The notes under the pieces are model-generated. The model was not told the DNA's origin and did no database searches. It worked only from the letters and a program-made list of their open reading frames with translations. The translations under genes were made by a program, and so were the position numbers. A DNA stretch of 54,809 bases, taken from contig CAYFPQ010000014.1 of NCBI GenBank assembly GCA_964345005.1, positions 1 to 54,809 on the forward strand, in the 5' to 3' direction. The DNA is from an uncultured Victivallales bacterium. Its GTDB lineage: Bacteria; Verrucomicrobiota; Kiritimatiellia; UBA8416; JABMPJ01. Shown in pieces: positions 19,909-30,527 of the stretch. Position 1 is the first letter of the stretch, and each line of letters begins with the position of its first letter.

Positions 19909-21297
19909 ATGATGAGAGAGATGCTCATGGACCTCAATACGGCCGTGAATGACCTGGTATGGGGTCCGCCCATGCTCCTGTTGCTAGTCGGGGTGGGGGT
20001 GCTCATTTCGCTCCGTACCAAGTTCATCCAGTTCTCCCGGTTCGGCCTGATGTGGCGCGAGACCATGGGCAGCCTGTTCCGGAAGGGCGAACGGAAGCGG
20101 GGCGAGGGAGATGTTTCGCCCTTCCAAGCACTGACGGTGGCCATGGGCGGTACCGTAGGAGTTGGGAATATCGCCGGTGTTGCGACCGCGATTGCGGCTG
20201 GCGGACCGGGCGCGCTGTTCTGGATGCTGGTGTCCGGCATTGTCGGCATGGCAACCAAGTATGCCGAGGTACTGTTGGGTGTGCACTACCGCAAGCGTGA
20301 GCCAAACGGCCCAATGCTGGGCGGCGCTATGATGTACATCGAACGCGGGCTGGGGCCGAAGTGGAAGTGGCTTGCCATCATCTTCAGTCTCTTCGGTGCA
20401 CTGGCGGCCTTTGGCATCGGCAATATGACCCAGGCACAGGCCGTGGCGACCGGCATGGCCGAGACGGCAAGTGTGCCGACGTGGGTGACGGGCCTGGTTC
20501 TGGTTGTGGCTGTAGGCCTGGTGACCATTGGTGGCATCAAACGCATCGCCCACGTGGCGATGGTTTGCGTGCCGTTCATGACGGTAATATATATCCTCGC
20601 CGCCCTCGCTGTTATAGCAATGAATGCCGCGGCGGTCCCAGCAGCCGTAGCTCTTGTCTTCAAGCATGCTTTCACTCCGACTGCTGCGACCGGCGGGTTC
20701 GCCGGCGTGGGCGTGATGATGGCGATCCGGTTTGGAATCGCACGCGGCGTATTCAGCAACGAAGCCGGCATGGGCAGCGCACCGATGGCGCATGCTACCG
20801 CGGCGACAGATCATCCGGCACGCCAGGGACTGTGGGGCGTGTTCGAGGTGTTCTTCGACACACTGGTTATGTGTAGTTTGACTGCTCTGGTCATTCTGCT
20901 GACCGGTGCCTGGACGAGCGGCGAGAACGGCGCCGGTCTAACGATCCACGCCTTCTCTCAGCAGTTCGGCAGTCGAGCCGGGAGTATCATCGTAACGCTC
21001 TGCATGGTCCTGACCGCCTACGACACAATCCTGGCCTGGTGCTTCTATGGTGAGACGTGTGCGGCCTATATGATCGGGCACGGCAAGATTGTGCGGCAGA
21101 TCTACCGTGTCGCATGGTTGCCATTCATTATGCTCGGTGCGACCGGTCAGCTTGATGTGATCTGGAAAGTCTCCGACACGCTCAACGGCCTCATGGCCCT
21201 CCCAAACCTGATCGCCCTCGTGGTCCTCTCCGGGGTAGTCGTCAAACTGACCCGCGGCTTCCTCAAGGGGGAGGCGTATGAGCTGCCCGAGGGGTGA
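19909..21297 (+). CDS. alanine/glycine:cation symporter (AGCS) family
   Basis: 462 aa. N-terminal LVWGPPMLLLLVGVG..., FQALTVAMGGTVGVGNIAGVATAI. Start may be ATG 19927. Confidence 0.9.
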   Translation: MMREMLMDLNTAVNDLVWGPPMLLLLVGVGVLISLRTKFIQFSRFGLMWRETMGSLFRKGERKRGEGDVSPFQALTVAMGGTVGVGNIAGVATAIAAGGPGALFWMLVSGIVGMATKYAEVLLGVHYRKREPNGPMLGGAMMYIERGLGPKWKWLAIIFSLFGALAAFGIGNMTQAQAVATGMAETASVPTWVTGLVLVVAVGLVTIGGIKRIAHVAMVCVPFMTVIYILAALAVIAMNAAAVPAAVALVFKHAFTPTAATGGFAGVGVMMAIRFGIARGVFSNEAGMGSAPMAHATAATDHPARQGLWGVFEVFFDTLVMCSLTALVILLTGAWTSGENGAGLTIHAFSQQFGSRAGSIIVTLCMVLTAYDTILAWCFYGETCAAYMIGHGKIVRQIYRVAWLPFIMLGATGQLDVIWKVSDTLNGLMALPNLIALVVLSGVVVKLTRGFLKGEAYELPEG

Positions 21298-22010
21298 GGA
21301 CGAGCCAGTCGATGGCGATGAGGGCGCCGAGGATCGCGTAACATATCGGCACGAGGTAGAATGCCGAGGTAAGGTCGCCACTGCGATTGCCGATGACACC
21401 CATGAGATAGGTAAGCACGCCGCATCCCGGCACGCCGGCGCAGGAGAGAAGAACCAGCAATACGGTCGAGTTTTCTCCGGGTAGACGGTCGGTTGCATAG
21501 CTCTGAACACTGGGTTAGGAGGGCACCGGATATCAGAACCGTGACCAGGACGCCGACCGACCAGAAACCGTGAGTAAAGTTGATATAGCGTCCCGGCTCA
21601 TCGCCTTCGTGGAGGTCCCGCACAAATGGTGTCCCCAATCCCTCGACAGAGCCCTCGCCGCAGCCGGCAAGAAAGAGAGCCGCGAGCAGCACAGCATAGA
21701 CCGGGGCCACGGCGCAGAGCAGCATGCCTAATCCCATCAACAGGGCTGCGAACGCGAGAGAGCGGCGCGTGCCCCAGTGACCAGCCGCGAACCCGCTCAG
21801 CAACAGCGAACCCACCATGGCGATGGTACGCCCGAAATGCAGCGCACCACCTGCGCTCATGCCCCCGGCTTCGAGGGAGAACCCAAGATCCCGCGCCAGC
21901 ATTACCAGCGCCACCGGAATGACGACCGACCCTGATGCGTAAGTGAAGAAGGTCAGGAATGCCGCATAGTCATAGCGGCCAAAAACCATTTTGCGCGATG
22001 CCTTCATCAC
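21263..22010 (-). pseudogene. MFS transporter with central deletion and frameshift
   Basis: N-terminal ~172 aa are MFS-like (track ORF 21147-22010), then the frame degenerates at ~21494. A C-terminal TM pair survives in another frame (21263-21460). About 170 aa are missing. The 3' end overlaps the convergent AGCS gene. Confidence 0.6.
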
Positions 22011-22405
22011 AGGAGGGCAAAGAACGGCAGCGTGGCTGCACCTTTGTCGAAAGTGTCGCCCTTGTCACAACCACACGACTGGGCTGAACAGGCGATCAAG
22101 ATATCCGACAGGTCTACCTTGCTGAACCGCCGGCCGTCGTTCACCAATCGCTCAATGACCTCGTCTTTCTCGAAACGGAATACCGGCATCTGCCGCATAT
22201 TGGTGATCGCACCGAGTATCTCAGCGCGCGACTTGTCGTATGCACTCTCAAGAACCCAGATCGTTTCCAAGACGACGGCTAAAGAGATGAAAACCTGTGT
22301 GCGATCTGCCTCGGCCCGCTTCAGGCGACGATAGACAAGCTTTGCCTGTCTTTCGTCGTCTCGGACAAGGAAGCGGATAATCACATTCGTGTCCGCGGCG
22401 GTCAC
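22007..22405 (-). CDS. vapC: PIN-domain toxin
   Basis: 132 aa. DTNVIIRFL N-terminal acidic motif. 4-nt overlap with the upstream antitoxin. Confidence 0.85.
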   Translation of the reverse strand: MTAADTNVIIRFLVRDDERQAKLVYRRLKRAEADRTQVFISLAVVLETIWVLESAYDKSRAEILGAITNMRQMPVFRFEKDEVIERLVNDGRRFSKVDLSDILIACSAQSCGCDKGDTFDKGAATLPFFALL

Positions 22406-22650
22406 TGTTTGCGACTCCGCAATCTCTGGGTCACAGCTGCATTCATTTCTGCCACGGTGCGCCGCGGTTGCGACGGAGCGTGAAGCGTACCGAACACATC
22501 GTCAACGGATTTTGTTATGGGTTTGAGGACGGCTTCCGAGTCGCCATGCAGCACAAACGCAATCTTGTCCCCAGAATGTAGATGCAGCGAATCGCGCACT
22601 GATTTGGGTATCGTTATCTGCCCTTTTGTTGTCAGTGTTGCAGTAACCAT
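22402..22650 (-). CDS. vapB: AbrB/MazE/SpoVT-type antitoxin
   Basis: 82 aa. TKGQITIPKSVRDSL swapped-hairpin motif. Confidence 0.85.
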   Translation of the reverse strand: MVTATLTTKGQITIPKSVRDSLHLHSGDKIAFVLHGDSEAVLKPITKSVDDVFGTLHAPSQPRRTVAEMNAAVTQRLRSRKQ

Positions 22651-22776
22651 GGTTGCACCTCTTTACTTCCCGTAGTCTCCTTACATAGTAGTAAGGACGC
22701 GCGATTACGTCAACCGTCGTTTGCCGCGAGGAGGACTGTCCAGTGTGATGCCGTCTTGATGTACCATCGCTCTGTC

Positions 22777-22980
22777 CTATACCGCGCCACTCTGTACCAG
22801 CTCGGCAAATCGACCGAAGCTACGGTCATACGTCTTCTCAACGTTGTCCGGAAAACAGCAGGCCGGTAGCTGCCTCATGCCGAGATGATAGCGCAGGCAG
22901 TCGCAACAGGCGCCCTTCTTTGAGCAGCCGCCATAGCTGCAGTTACAGTTCTTGAGATTGACTTCCTTCTTGCACTCCAT
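22777..22980 (-). CDS. small Cys-rich protein (DUF6485-like)
   Basis: 67 aa from internal ATG 22980: MECKKEVNLKNCNCSYGGCSKKGACCDCLRYH...PACCF. The upstream part of the 169-aa track ORF looks non-coding. Confidence 0.5.
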   Translation of the reverse strand: MECKKEVNLKNCNCSYGGCSKKGACCDCLRYHLGMRQLPACCFPDNVEKTYDRSFGRFAELVQSGAV

Positions 22981-23075
22981 CGGTCTGCCCCCTTCTGGAT
23001 TCAAACAACGAGTCACAGGAAACCTAGTGTGCAAGGGGCGAGGTGTCGAGCGCGTATGGGTTATCCGGACCCCAT

Positions 23076-23103
23076 CTGAACCTTGAACCCCGAACCGTGA
23101 ACC
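23076..23103 (+). repeat. imperfect heptamer tract (NTGAACC)x4
   Basis: ctgaacc ttgaacc ccgaacc gtgaacc, ending 16 nt upstream of the gloB ATG. Confidence 0.6.
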
Positions 23104-23118
23104 CCGTAAGATGGCTCC

Positions 23119-23850
23119 ATGCAGATCGAGACACTTCGAATCGGCGAGAACTTCGTATACGTACTTTCTGTTGCGGGACGCGCCGCGGTGGTGGATCCCG
23201 GCGTGGCAGACCCGGTAGCGTCGTACCTCGAAGAAGCCGGGTTGACGCTGGAGCTGATTCTGTTGACGCATTATCACGGTGACCACATCGGGGGTGTTGC
23301 AGCGTTACGACGAGCAACCCGCGACGTGGTAGGTCCGGCGGGAGGGTCCCTGGATCTGGATCACACCGCAATGCATGGCGACGTGATCGACTTTGCCGGC
23401 TACTCCATCAGTGCGCTCGCGATACCGGGACACACAACCCACGACACGGCTTACTATCTGCCGGAAGCGCAAGCGGTGTTCACCGGAGACGTTCTTTTTG
23501 CATGTGGATGCGGACGAATGTTTGGTTGTGATGCGGACCGAATGTGGGCCTCGCTTTCACGACTGCGGGATCTGCCCGACGAGACGCGTGTCTACGGTGG
23601 TCACGACTACACGCTCGAGAACCTCGAGTTCGCGGCCCACCTGGAGCCGGATAACGCTGTCGTACGCGACCGCCTCGATCAATACCGCGCAGACCCGGGA
23701 TCGGCTATGCCTTCCACCATTGCGGAGGAGAAACGTACCAACCCCTTTCTACGTTGCGACACCGAAGCCGTGGCTGAGGCCGCGGGGCTTCCCGGTCATA
23801 GTGCCGCCGATGTCCTTGCCGCGGTACGCGCGATGAAGGACCGCTGGTAG
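23119..23850 (+). CDS. gloB: hydroxyacylglutathione hydrolase (MBL fold)
   Basis: 243 aa. THYHGDHIGG metal motif. C-terminal NPFLRC segment typical of glyoxalase II. Confidence 0.87.
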   Translation: MQIETLRIGENFVYVLSVAGRAAVVDPGVADPVASYLEEAGLTLELILLTHYHGDHIGGVAALRRATRDVVGPAGGSLDLDHTAMHGDVIDFAGYSISALAIPGHTTHDTAYYLPEAQAVFTGDVLFACGCGRMFGCDADRMWASLSRLRDLPDETRVYGGHDYTLENLEFAAHLEPDNAVVRDRLDQYRADPGSAMPSTIAEEKRTNPFLRCDTEAVAEAAGLPGHSAADVLAAVRAMKDRW

Positions 23851-23989
23851 TCTGGAATTCGGGATTGTCTTCTCGTCTTTCCGGTTTAGAGTGTCAGCAT
23901 GAAGGTTGAGGCGTTGACCGACCCCGAGAGCTGGCTCGCATGGCACTCCGGCACGTTCTGGAGCGCGAGTCTTGATGTAGCCAGTGTGT

Positions 23990-24535
23990 TCAGCCGCCTG
24001 ACTCTGAGATAGAAATCGGTCGATCCGGGCGTGCGATGTCGTAGAAGTCCAACTGATCGGTAACGGTGTCGAGAATAGCCACCGTGGCAACCGACGGATA
24101 ACGTGGACCAGCGATGGCTCCGGGACAGATCACGCGAGTATCGCCAACGCGCACATCACGCGCGCGATGCGTATGCCCGTGACACACATAGGGAAAGCGC
24201 TGTTTTCGGATCAGCTCTTCGAGCAGCCCCTCGTTGTCGCCGTGTGTGGCAACAAGAAACTCGTCATTCTCGATCGGGACCTCGATGGAACTGTACCAGT
24301 AATTGATGGATGTCCCCTGGGACATGACCTCCAACTCATGCAGGAGATCTCGGTCCATATTCCCCGCGACGAGCCAGGTGGGGGTGCCCGTCAGCGCCAG
24401 TGAACTAAGACTCCGAATCGAGCAGGTATCGCCACAGTGTACCATCGCTTCCACACCCAGAGAGGACAGTACGTCCAGCGCAGTCTGCAACTTGCGGACC
24501 TTACCGTGTGAATCGCTCATTATGCCAATACGCAC
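23990..24535 (-). CDS. YfcE/MJ0936-type metallophosphoesterase
   Basis: 181 aa. MRIGIMSDSHG, CGD, GHTH motifs. Confidence 0.8.
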   Translation of the reverse strand: MRIGIMSDSHGKVRKLQTALDVLSSLGVEAMVHCGDTCSIRSLSSLALTGTPTWLVAGNMDRDLLHELEVMSQGTSINYWYSSIEVPIENDEFLVATHGDNEGLLEELIRKQRFPYVCHGHTHRARDVRVGDTRVICPGAIAGPRYPSVATVAILDTVTDQLDFYDIARPDRPISISESGG

Positions 24536-24730
24536 AGTTGCATCCTTCCGGGCTGGTCCAGGCTTCCTTTACGAATCACGTGGTAGGCACCGGTCTCGGT
24601 GTTCAGATCATAGATTCTGAAATGGGTCCCAATATCGAAGCTCCTCTACCTGTTGACAGAAAAGTATACTCGCTGACCGGTTCAGGCAAGTGCTACCGGC
24701 GAAGAGAGGATGTCATGCAAGCCAGTCGTA

Positions 24731-26611
<1,881 letters not shown>

Positions 26612-26706
26612 TCATCTATCTGATTGCGTCGCTCAGTGGTTTCAGGATAAAAAAAGTACTCTTTTCATTTGTGTGGGCGTGTTTGAAAGCGAGAGGGAGT
26701 GGAACC

Positions 26707-27744
26707 ATGGCTGAGAACAAACGGGCAACGGATTTACGCAACAAGGATGACCTGATCGTTATCGGCGGCGGCGGTGGGTTTATCGGAGGGTCGCTGGCCC
26801 GCTATTTCTCGGAGCAGGGCTTCACGCGTATTCGTGCGATAGACAAGAAGCCACTCTACGAGTGGTACCAGGTTGTTCCCGGCGTCGAGAGCCTCTGCAT
26901 GGACCTGAGCAGGGAGGAAAACTGTGTTCGTGCCTGCGAGGGTGCGATCGAAGTGTACAATCTCGCGGCCGACATGGGCGGAATGGGCTTCATAGAACGA
27001 TTCCGTGTCGAGTGCCTGCGGAGCATCCTGATCAATACGCACATGATCGAAGCGGCCTATAACGCCGGTGCCGATCGCTACTTCTATTCCTCCTCGGCCT
27101 GTGCCTACAACACGGATCTTCAGAAGGATCCGAACGTTCGTGCCCTCAAGGAGTCGGATGCCTACCCGGCCATGAGTGAGCGCGGCTATGGGTGGGAGAA
27201 GCTTATTTCCGAGATGTTCTGTCAGGAGTATTGGGCCGAGCGCGGAATGAAGACGGCGATTGCGCGTTTTCATAATGTCTTTGGTCCTCATGGGACATGG
27301 GATGGTGGGCGCGAGAAGGCACCCGCTGCATTGTGCCGCAAGGTGATCGAGGCCAAGGATACCGGCAACCTGACCATCGACATCTGGGGCGATGGGCTTC
27401 AGACGCGCAGCTTCATGTATATCGCCGAGTGCGTCGAAGGAATCGACATGATCATGCACTGCGACGACCTTATCGCAACTCCGATAAACCTCGGTTCAAG
27501 CGAGCTCATCGCGATCAACGACCTCGTCACGATGGCGGAGGAGATCGGTGGTGTGAAGTTGGAACGTACGCACAATCTCGATGCCCCACGAGGTGTCGCC
27601 GGACGCAACAGCGACAATACATTCATCAAGGAGGTTCTCGGCTGGGAGCCGCACTTGCCTTTCCGCGAGGGTCTCGAGCACACGTACAAGTGGATCGAGC
27701 AGCAGTACAACGATCGCAAAGCCGGCAAGCGGACGGTCAGCTAA
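26707..27744 (+). CDS. NAD-dependent epimerase, GDP-mannose 3,5-epimerase-like
   Basis: Start at ATG 26707. GGGGFIGG Rossmann motif. NLAADMGGMGFI string that I associate with GME. YxxxK present. Confidence 0.78.
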   Translation: MAENKRATDLRNKDDLIVIGGGGGFIGGSLARYFSEQGFTRIRAIDKKPLYEWYQVVPGVESLCMDLSREENCVRACEGAIEVYNLAADMGGMGFIERFRVECLRSILINTHMIEAAYNAGADRYFYSSSACAYNTDLQKDPNVRALKESDAYPAMSERGYGWEKLISEMFCQEYWAERGMKTAIARFHNVFGPHGTWDGGREKAPAALCRKVIEAKDTGNLTIDIWGDGLQTRSFMYIAECVEGIDMIMHCDDLIATPINLGSSELIAINDLVTMAEEIGGVKLERTHNLDAPRGVAGRNSDNTFIKEVLGWEPHLPFREGLEHTYKWIEQQYNDRKAGKRTVS

Positions 27745-27750
27745 CGGGAA

Positions 27751-27852
27751 GAACCACGAATAGACACGAATTGGCACGAATGAATTGGAAAGCCCGCCGG
27801 GATACCGGCGGGCTTCTCCTTATTCACGTCCATCAGTGTCCATTCGTGGTTC
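27751..27852. terminator. bidirectional terminator hairpin (core 27790-27815) embedded in a ~100-bp imperfect palindrome
   Basis: Core AAGCCCGCCGG-gata-CCGGCGGGCTT between convergent genes. Outer arms GAACCACGAAT (27751-27761) and ATTCGTGGTTC (27842-27852). Left arm carries 3x CACGAAT. Confidence 0.6.
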
Positions 27853-27859
27853 TAACGGA

Positions 27860-29185
27860 CTACGCCCGGATCTTCGCCAGCACCTCGTCGCGTTTGGCTT
27901 CCATCATCTCGGTCGTCTTGGCCTCGAGGTTGAGGCGGATGAGCGGCTCGGTGTTGGACATGCGTACGTTGAACCACCAGTCATCGTATTCGAAGCTGAC
28001 GCCATCGAGCTCGATCAACTCGCCGTCCGAGTAGTCTTCACGCAGGCGGGCGATCACCGCATCGGGATCGGCGACTCCGGAGTTGATCTCGCCGCTGGCG
28101 AAATAGCGCTGGATCGGCTTCACCAGTTCGGAGAGCGTCTTATCGGAGCGGCTCACGATGTTCGCCACGCAGATCACGGCCAGGCTTGAGCTCTCGGTGA
28201 AGTAGTTGTCGCGGAAGTAGTAGTGCCCCGACAGTTCGCCGGCGAAACTGGCGTTGGCGTCGCGCATCTGCTGCTTGATGAAGGCGTGTCCCACACGGCT
28301 CATCAACGGCGTGCCGCCGTTCTCCTCGATGACTTCCTTAACCGACCAGCTACTGCGCAGGTCGTAGTAGATGTTCCCCTTCTCGTGCGCCAGCATGTCC
28401 TCCGCAATCAGGGCGGTGATCATGTCCATGGGGACCACGGTACCGTTCTCGTCGACGAATCCGGCACGGTCGGCATCGCCATCGAACGCCACGCCAAAAT
28501 CGTACTGTCCCTGGCGGATCTTCGCCTGTAACGCCTCGAGTGTGTCGAGTTTGAGAGGATTAGCTTCGTGGTTGGGGAAGGTGCCGTCCAGCTCTTCGAA
28601 GAGCGGATCCACCTCCATGATACCGTCGAACACGCGTGCCTCGACAGCGCCCATCGAATTCGCCATATCTGCCGCAATTTTGACAGGGCGCGGAAACTCG
28701 GCGTGTTTCTGAATGTGCGCGATGTACTCGTCCATAATGGTGTGTTGGCTGATGGTGCCCGGTGTTTCGGCGGGAGGATCGAACGACTCGTCGTTGCAGA
28801 TTCGCTCGATATCCATAATTCCGGTTGCGCCGCTGATCGGTACTGCGTCAGCGCGGGTCATCTTGATGCCGTTCCATTCGCCCGGATTGTGGGAAGCCGT
28901 GATCATGACGCCTGCATCGGAGCCGAGACTGCCGCATCCGAAATATGCCATCGGGGTCGAGGCGAGCCCGAGGTCAATCACGTCAGCTCCCTGCATGGTT
29001 GCGCCCTTGGAAAAAGCGTCGAAAAGCGGAGTCGAGTGGGGGCGCATATCGCGACCGACGGTGACGGTTTTGCATTTCAGCAGCGTCACAAACGCCCGAC
29101 CAATCTTGAACATGATATCCTCATCGAGGGTATCGCCATACACACCACGGATATCGTAAGCCTTGAAGATTCCTGCCATGATCAT
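27860..29185 (-). CDS. phosphomannomutase/phosphoglucomutase
   Basis: 441 aa. TASHNPGEWNGIK phosphoserine loop, DGDADR metal loop. Confidence 0.9.
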   Translation of the reverse strand: MIMAGIFKAYDIRGVYGDTLDEDIMFKIGRAFVTLLKCKTVTVGRDMRPHSTPLFDAFSKGATMQGADVIDLGLASTPMAYFGCGSLGSDAGVMITASHNPGEWNGIKMTRADAVPISGATGIMDIERICNDESFDPPAETPGTISQHTIMDEYIAHIQKHAEFPRPVKIAADMANSMGAVEARVFDGIMEVDPLFEELDGTFPNHEANPLKLDTLEALQAKIRQGQYDFGVAFDGDADRAGFVDENGTVVPMDMITALIAEDMLAHEKGNIYYDLRSSWSVKEVIEENGGTPLMSRVGHAFIKQQMRDANASFAGELSGHYYFRDNYFTESSSLAVICVANIVSRSDKTLSELVKPIQRYFASGEINSGVADPDAVIARLREDYSDGELIELDGVSFEYDDWWFNVRMSNTEPLIRLNLEAKTTEMMEAKRDEVLAKIRA

Positions 29186-29273
29186 TTCCTTTCTTGAGCC
29201 AACTTGCGGAAAGGGGGCATTGTAGTCGCCGTGAGCTCAAGGGATCAAGAACAAGCGCTGTATGCGGGGCAGA

Positions 29274-29350
29274 GCGGCTCGCTGGGGACAGCTCGCCCTA
29301 CCCCCACACAGCAGAATGGTACAGGTAGGGCGAGCCGTCCCGGCGAGCCG
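29274..29350. repeat. REP-like palindromic element, copy A
   Basis: GCGGCTCGCTGGGGACAGCTCGCCCTACC ... GGTAGGGCGAGCCGTCCCGGCGAGCCG. Same family as 43503-43585 and 46031-46106. Confidence 0.7.
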
Positions 29351-29365
29351 TTGCTGCTTGGCTCG

Positions 29366-30091
29366 GTGGCGTGGTGTGACAGTCTACCGTCAACGAACAG
29401 CGAGTTGCTGCGACGCGTAAGTGAAGGCCAGGGCGTGACAGCCGGGCATGTCCTTGCCGCCCGCCACCAGACCGCAGGCCGCGGCCGACAACAACGTGTC
29501 TGGCAAAGCGGAGCCGCTCTCGATTTGACGTTTTCCTTCCTGTGGCGGGTCGAACCGCCGGAGCGCATGGTCTCCCTCCCGATGGCGGTGGCGCTAAGCG
29601 TCGTGGATCTGCTCAAGGGATATGGGATTGAGGCCGCCACAAAATGGCCGAATGACGTTCTCGTCGACATGAAGAAGATCTGTGGCCTGTTGGCCGAGAC
29701 GGCTACGGACGACGCAAGACGAGCTGTGGGCCTCGTCGTGGGAGTTGGCCTGAACGTAAACATGAGCGTGACGGAAGCGGCGGCAATCGACCGTCCCGCC
29801 ACGTCGATGCAGATTCTGACGGGCAAGACCTACGAAATCACCACCGTGCTCGACTGCTTGCTGCCGCTACTGGAACTCCGGCTGACCCAGTGGGGCGAAG
29901 GTGGCTTTGCCGCCATCCGGTCAGACTGGCTGGCCCACGCGATTTGGATGAATCGCACCGTGGAACTCCACACCGAAAGCGGCCCTCTCACCGGCGTCCT
30001 GCGTGGCTACGGCGACAGCGGAGAGCTGCTGCTGGAGGCTGAGGGCGAAACCCGTGAGGTCTGGAGTGCCGAGCTGATGCGGTCTGTCTGA
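29366..30091 (+). CDS. birA: biotin-[acetyl-CoA-carboxylase] ligase (class I, no HTH)
   Basis: GRGRQQRVW biotin-binding motif, KWPNDV. Start set at in-frame GTG 29366 (or TTG 29351), because the track ORF N-terminus (29204-) is translated REP element. Confidence 0.8.
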   Translation: MAWCDSLPSTNSELLRRVSEGQGVTAGHVLAARHQTAGRGRQQRVWQSGAALDLTFSFLWRVEPPERMVSLPMAVALSVVDLLKGYGIEAATKWPNDVLVDMKKICGLLAETATDDARRAVGLVVGVGLNVNMSVTEAAAIDRPATSMQILTGKTYEITTVLDCLLPLLELRLTQWGEGGFAAIRSDWLAHAIWMNRTVELHTESGPLTGVLRGYGDSGELLLEAEGETREVWSAELMRSV

Positions 30092-30182
30092 TCGCGTTCC
30101 TGTAGAACGATATCCACACCGTATGTGTCAAACAGCGGGTGCCAGTTACCGCGCACCGTTGAGTTGTCGCGCCTTACTCTAG

Positions 30183-30527
30183 ATGAGACCGGCGTCTCAC
30201 GTGAATGAGACTGCTTTCGAAAGACTGCGCCATCTTTGTCCCGATCATCGTTCCGATCGTCGTCCCGATCGTCGTCGATCTGCACACAGCAATGACTCAA
30301 CATACACGGCGTGTCTTTTTGCAGACACCTTTGGCGTGTTTGAGGATCCGAATGCCCTCACTCTCGATCAGCTCGTCAGTGGCGAGGAACGCCACGTGAC
30401 GATCGGGATGGATGTGTTCGGCCGCGTTCTTGTCGTTGTGTACACGTGGCGAGGTGACAACATCCGCATCATCTCGGCACGTAAAGCCGTGCGGTCTGAG
30501 GTACGACAGTATGAAAGCGAATTATGA
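30183..30527 (+). CDS. brnT: BrnT-family toxin, N-terminal region replaced (possibly inactive)
   Basis: C-terminal two thirds are BrnT-like (VFEDPNAL...GEERHVTIG...VVVYTWRGDNIRIISARKA). The usual FEWDxxKxxxNxxKHGV start is absent and replaced by sequence containing a 12-bp tandem repeat. Confidence 0.6.
   Translation: MRPASHVNETAFERLRHLCPDHRSDRRPDRRRSAHSNDSTYTACLFADTFGVFEDPNALTLDQLVSGEERHVTIGMDVFGRVLVVVYTWRGDNIRIISARKAVRSEVRQYESEL
30241..30280. repeat. 12-bp tandem repeat x3.3
   Basis: ccgatcatcgtt ccgatcgtcgtc ccgatcgtcgtc gatc, inside the aberrant 5' part of brnT. Confidence 0.7.

Noticed and set aside
27297-28034. 245-aa plus-strand ORF spanning the epimerase 3' end, the terminator palindrome and the PMM 3' end.
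   Set aside because: It crosses a strong terminator and overlaps two well-supported genes. Its translation includes the repeat-derived HELARMN...IHVHQCPFVV string, which reflects the palindrome arms and not a protein.
29204-29365. N-terminal 54 codons of the birA track ORF.
   Set aside because: This stretch consists largely of the translated REP-like palindrome (GSLGTARPT...GRASRPGEP). In-frame TTG/GTG starts just downstream give a normal class I BirA length.
30241-30280. Short tandem repeats here and at 10420-10467, considered as a mini CRISPR array.
   Set aside because: The units are 12 bp with no spacers, there are only 3-4 copies, and no cas genes are present. I saw no repeat-spacer architecture of 25-40 bp anywhere in the window.
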